A stretch of 64,000 nt of DNA from an uncultured virus (IMG/VR IMGVR_UViG_3300034106_004022). Taxonomy: Duplodnaviria; Heunggongvirae; Uroviricota; Caudoviricetes. The stretch spans positions 1-64,000 of IMG/VR virus record IMGVR_UViG_3300034106_004022. The stretch is one strand, 5' to 3'. Each line of letters opens with the position of its first letter. The stretch's first letter is position 1. The translations under genes were made by a program, and so were the position numbers. Positions 62,014 through 64,000 of this stretch are shown here, one piece after another. The notes beneath the pieces were generated by a model. It searched no databases. It was not told where the DNA came from and saw only the letters and a program-made list of their open reading frames with translations.

Positions 62014-62463
62014 ATGAAAAAATTATTATTACTATCTTTGATGTTAATCACATCATTAACTTATGGACAAAAATGCTACACTGTTAAAAATGTAGAGAGT
62101 CTTGCTAAAATTGAAAATATAAATCCTAAAAGATTTACATTAGGTGTTAAACAAATAACTGAAGAAATTCTATCTGAAAAATATAGTATATGTGAAGATG
62201 GTGAATCAGTAATGGTTGTTGTTAAGAGTATTGAGGCACCTACAACAAGTATTTCAATTGGACCATTTGAAAAGAAAAGAAAAGTTACTATTGTGACTGT
62301 TGATTTAATTATTAATGGTAAAGTATATACTGGAATTGGTGAAAGTAAGACTGATGTAAAATCTACATTTATTGAATTGCAAGATGAAAATATTCCATTT
62401 GAAAAATCAGCGTTTTCAGCTGCATTAAAAAAATCATTAATAAGTGCTATTAACCAAATGTAA
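62014..62463 (+). CDS. Secreted short paralog of the CsgG-like protein
   Basis: The ATG at 62014 gives the signal peptide MKKLLLLSLMLITSLTYG-Q. KRFTLGVKQITEEILSE and TGIGES...F..SA...ALKKSL align with 59718..60437. Confidence 0.6.
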   Translation: MKKLLLLSLMLITSLTYGQKCYTVKNVESLAKIENINPKRFTLGVKQITEEILSEKYSICEDGESVMVVVKSIEAPTTSISIGPFEKKRKVTIVTVDLIINGKVYTGIGESKTDVKSTFIELQDENIPFEKSAFSAALKKSLISAINQM

Positions 62464-62464
62464 T

Positions 62465-64000
62465 ATGAGAAGATATCTCACCCTGTTATTATTAATAATA
62501 TCCAATATTGTATTTGCTCAAACATTTACATATTCGGGTTATATGTATAATGCGGGTGGATTACCAGCTCAAAATGTTGCTGTAAAATTATATAAACGTA
62601 CTACACCAACTCTTACTGGGTTTACATCACAAACCAATTATAACGGACACTCTTACTATCGTTCTACTGGTTCAATGACTTGGACTAATGCAAAGGTTGC
62701 TTGTGAAAATATGGGAGGTCACTTAGCTACCGTATCTAATTCAGCTGAGAACAATTTCTTATTTAATACATGGCCATCTGGTTGGATTGGATATTATCAA
62801 GATAGAGTTTCTGGATATACTTATTCGGAAGCAGCTGGTGGATTTCGTTGGACAGAAACTAAAGTAACTGATGGATTGGTTGCTGATTATGATGTTTCTT
62901 CTTATACATCAGGAACCACACTAACTGATATTGTATCTGGTATTAATTCTACATTATACAATACACCATCATACTCAAGTACTGGTGGGAAATATTTAAC
63001 ATTCAATGGAACTAATCAATACGCAATAACAAATAATTTAGCATCCAAATTTTCGAATAATAAAATAACTATAATGGCTTGGATATATCCAACCGGAAAT
63101 GGAGTTATATCATCGGAATTAGGTGTTGGTAGTCCTACATCAGGTTGGCATGAATCAATAATGGAAATCACTGGAAGTAATACCCTTAGAGTTGGATTTT
63201 GGAATGGTAGTGGAATTACTCAATTAAGTACATCTATTACATTAAACGCTTGGCATTTGGTTTCTATTACTTATGATGGGGCATCAATGAAAGGATATTT
63301 AAATAATGTAAATTTTGGAAGTACTAATTTTACTAGAGATGTTCCGTATGTGTATTCGGGAAACGGACAATATTTCGCATTTGGATTAAGTGATGTTACT
63401 AATATGGGTTCTGGAGCTTATGGTAATTTTAGATTAGGTGATTATCAAATATTCAATAGAGCTATAACAGCCGATGAAATTGATAGAACATATAACTTAT
63501 ATGCATATCGATATAAATTAAATCAATACACAAATTGGAATTCCGGAGAACCTAATAACTCACCCAGTGAAGATTATACACAATTTGTTACAGGTGGTAA
63601 ATGGAATGATTTAGGAAATACATCTTTACCTTATGTTATAGAATTTGATTATATTAACGATTTTACTCCATGGGTTTTACATCAAACAGTTTATACTAAC
63701 TCTTCTGGATATTATTCATTTTCTCAATCAACCAATCCAGCAACCGAATGGTATATTCAATATGATATTCCAACACCTACAACACAACTAAGTACCAGTG
63801 ATATTAATTCTATAATGTACAAAGTTATTAGTAATTCATTTAATGGATTAGATTATTATAAGTACGATGTAAATAATGATGGTGAAGTAACTGTATCTGA
63901 TGTTTATTATATTCATATGAAAAAAGTTGGGATGAAATCTATATGGGAAAATTCTTTACCAAATGTTAGATTATTTACCCAATCACAATATAATATAATA
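62465..64000 (+). CDS. Secreted lectin-like protein (Ig-like, C-type lectin, LamG and dockerin-like domains), truncated by the window end
   Basis: Not in the ORF track. Open for 512 codons: MRRYLTLLLLIISNIVFA-QTF...NGHSYY...TWTNAKVACENMGGHLATV...WIG...[LamG: TIMAWIYP, WHLVSITYDG, QIFNRAIT]...NWNSGEPNN...KWNDL...YVIEF...DVNNDGEVTVSD. Confidence 0.8.
   Translation, partial: MRRYLTLLLLIISNIVFAQTFTYSGYMYNAGGLPAQNVAVKLYKRTTPTLTGFTSQTNYNGHSYYRSTGSMTWTNAKVACENMGGHLATVSNSAENNFLFNTWPSGWIGYYQDRVSGYTYSEAAGGFRWTETKVTDGLVADYDVSSYTSGTTLTDIVSGINSTLYNTPSYSSTGGKYLTFNGTNQYAITNNLASKFSNNKITIMAWIYPTGNGVISSELGVGSPTSGWHESIMEITGSNTLRVGFWNGSGITQLSTSITLNAWHLVSITYDGASMKGYLNNVNFGSTNFTRDVPYVYSGNGQYFAFGLSDVTNMGSGAYGNFRLGDYQIFNRAITADEIDRTYNLYAYRYKLNQYTNWNSGEPNNSPSEDYTQFVTGGKWNDLGNTSLPYVIEFDYINDFTPWVLHQTVYTNSSGYYSFSQSTNPATEWYIQYDIPTPTTQLSTSDINSIMYKVISNSFNGLDYYKYDVNNDGEVTVSDVYYIHMKKVGMKSIWENSLPNVRLFTQSQYNII

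Noticed and set aside
62465..64000. C-type lectin domain or fibre repeats as a diversity-generating retroelement target
   Set aside because: No reverse transcriptase and no template/variable repeat pair differing at adenines is visible in the window.
1..64000. tRNA, rRNA, introns, inteins, integrase or transposase
   Set aside because: Intergenic gaps are short and AT-rich, and I saw no cloverleaf, splicing or recombinase motifs by eye. A covariance-model scan was not possible.

Overview
The window is a gene-dense, AT-rich segment of a large contractile-tailed (myovirus-like, probably jumbo) bacteriophage, coded almost entirely on the + strand. Host-type TTTG-N20-TAnnTTTG promoters, Gln(+1) signal peptides and a T9SS sorting domain point to a Bacteroidota host. 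It runs from T4-like neck and tail-terminator genes through three giant fibre or appendage proteins (2772, 3994 and 3927 aa) with adaptors and chaperones, then sheath, tube, chaperone, tape measure and baseplate genes. These are followed by a GT2 glycosyltransferase, a short family A DNA polymerase, an AdoMetDC-like enzyme and a GH19 endolysin. Two stretches stand out. (1) From 56.9 kb to the window end is a cluster of secreted and envelope proteins: a cohesin/dockerin-like protein with a T9SS tail, two CsgG-like paralogs, a likely beta-barrel and a nested C-type-lectin/LamG/dockerin-like protein. It looks like a phage-encoded host-surface display system. (2) The 2772-aa virion protein carries 13 phycobiliprotein-like repeats with an invariant C-x-R-D motif, and the next giant fibre carries an intact blue-copper-type site inside a proline-free Gly-X-Y stalk. 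Also seen are a probable +1/-2 frameshift in the tail chaperone, an in-frame TAA in a baseplate gene and a recurring ATATTTATW putative late promoter. All family assignments come from reading motifs by eye; no searches were run.
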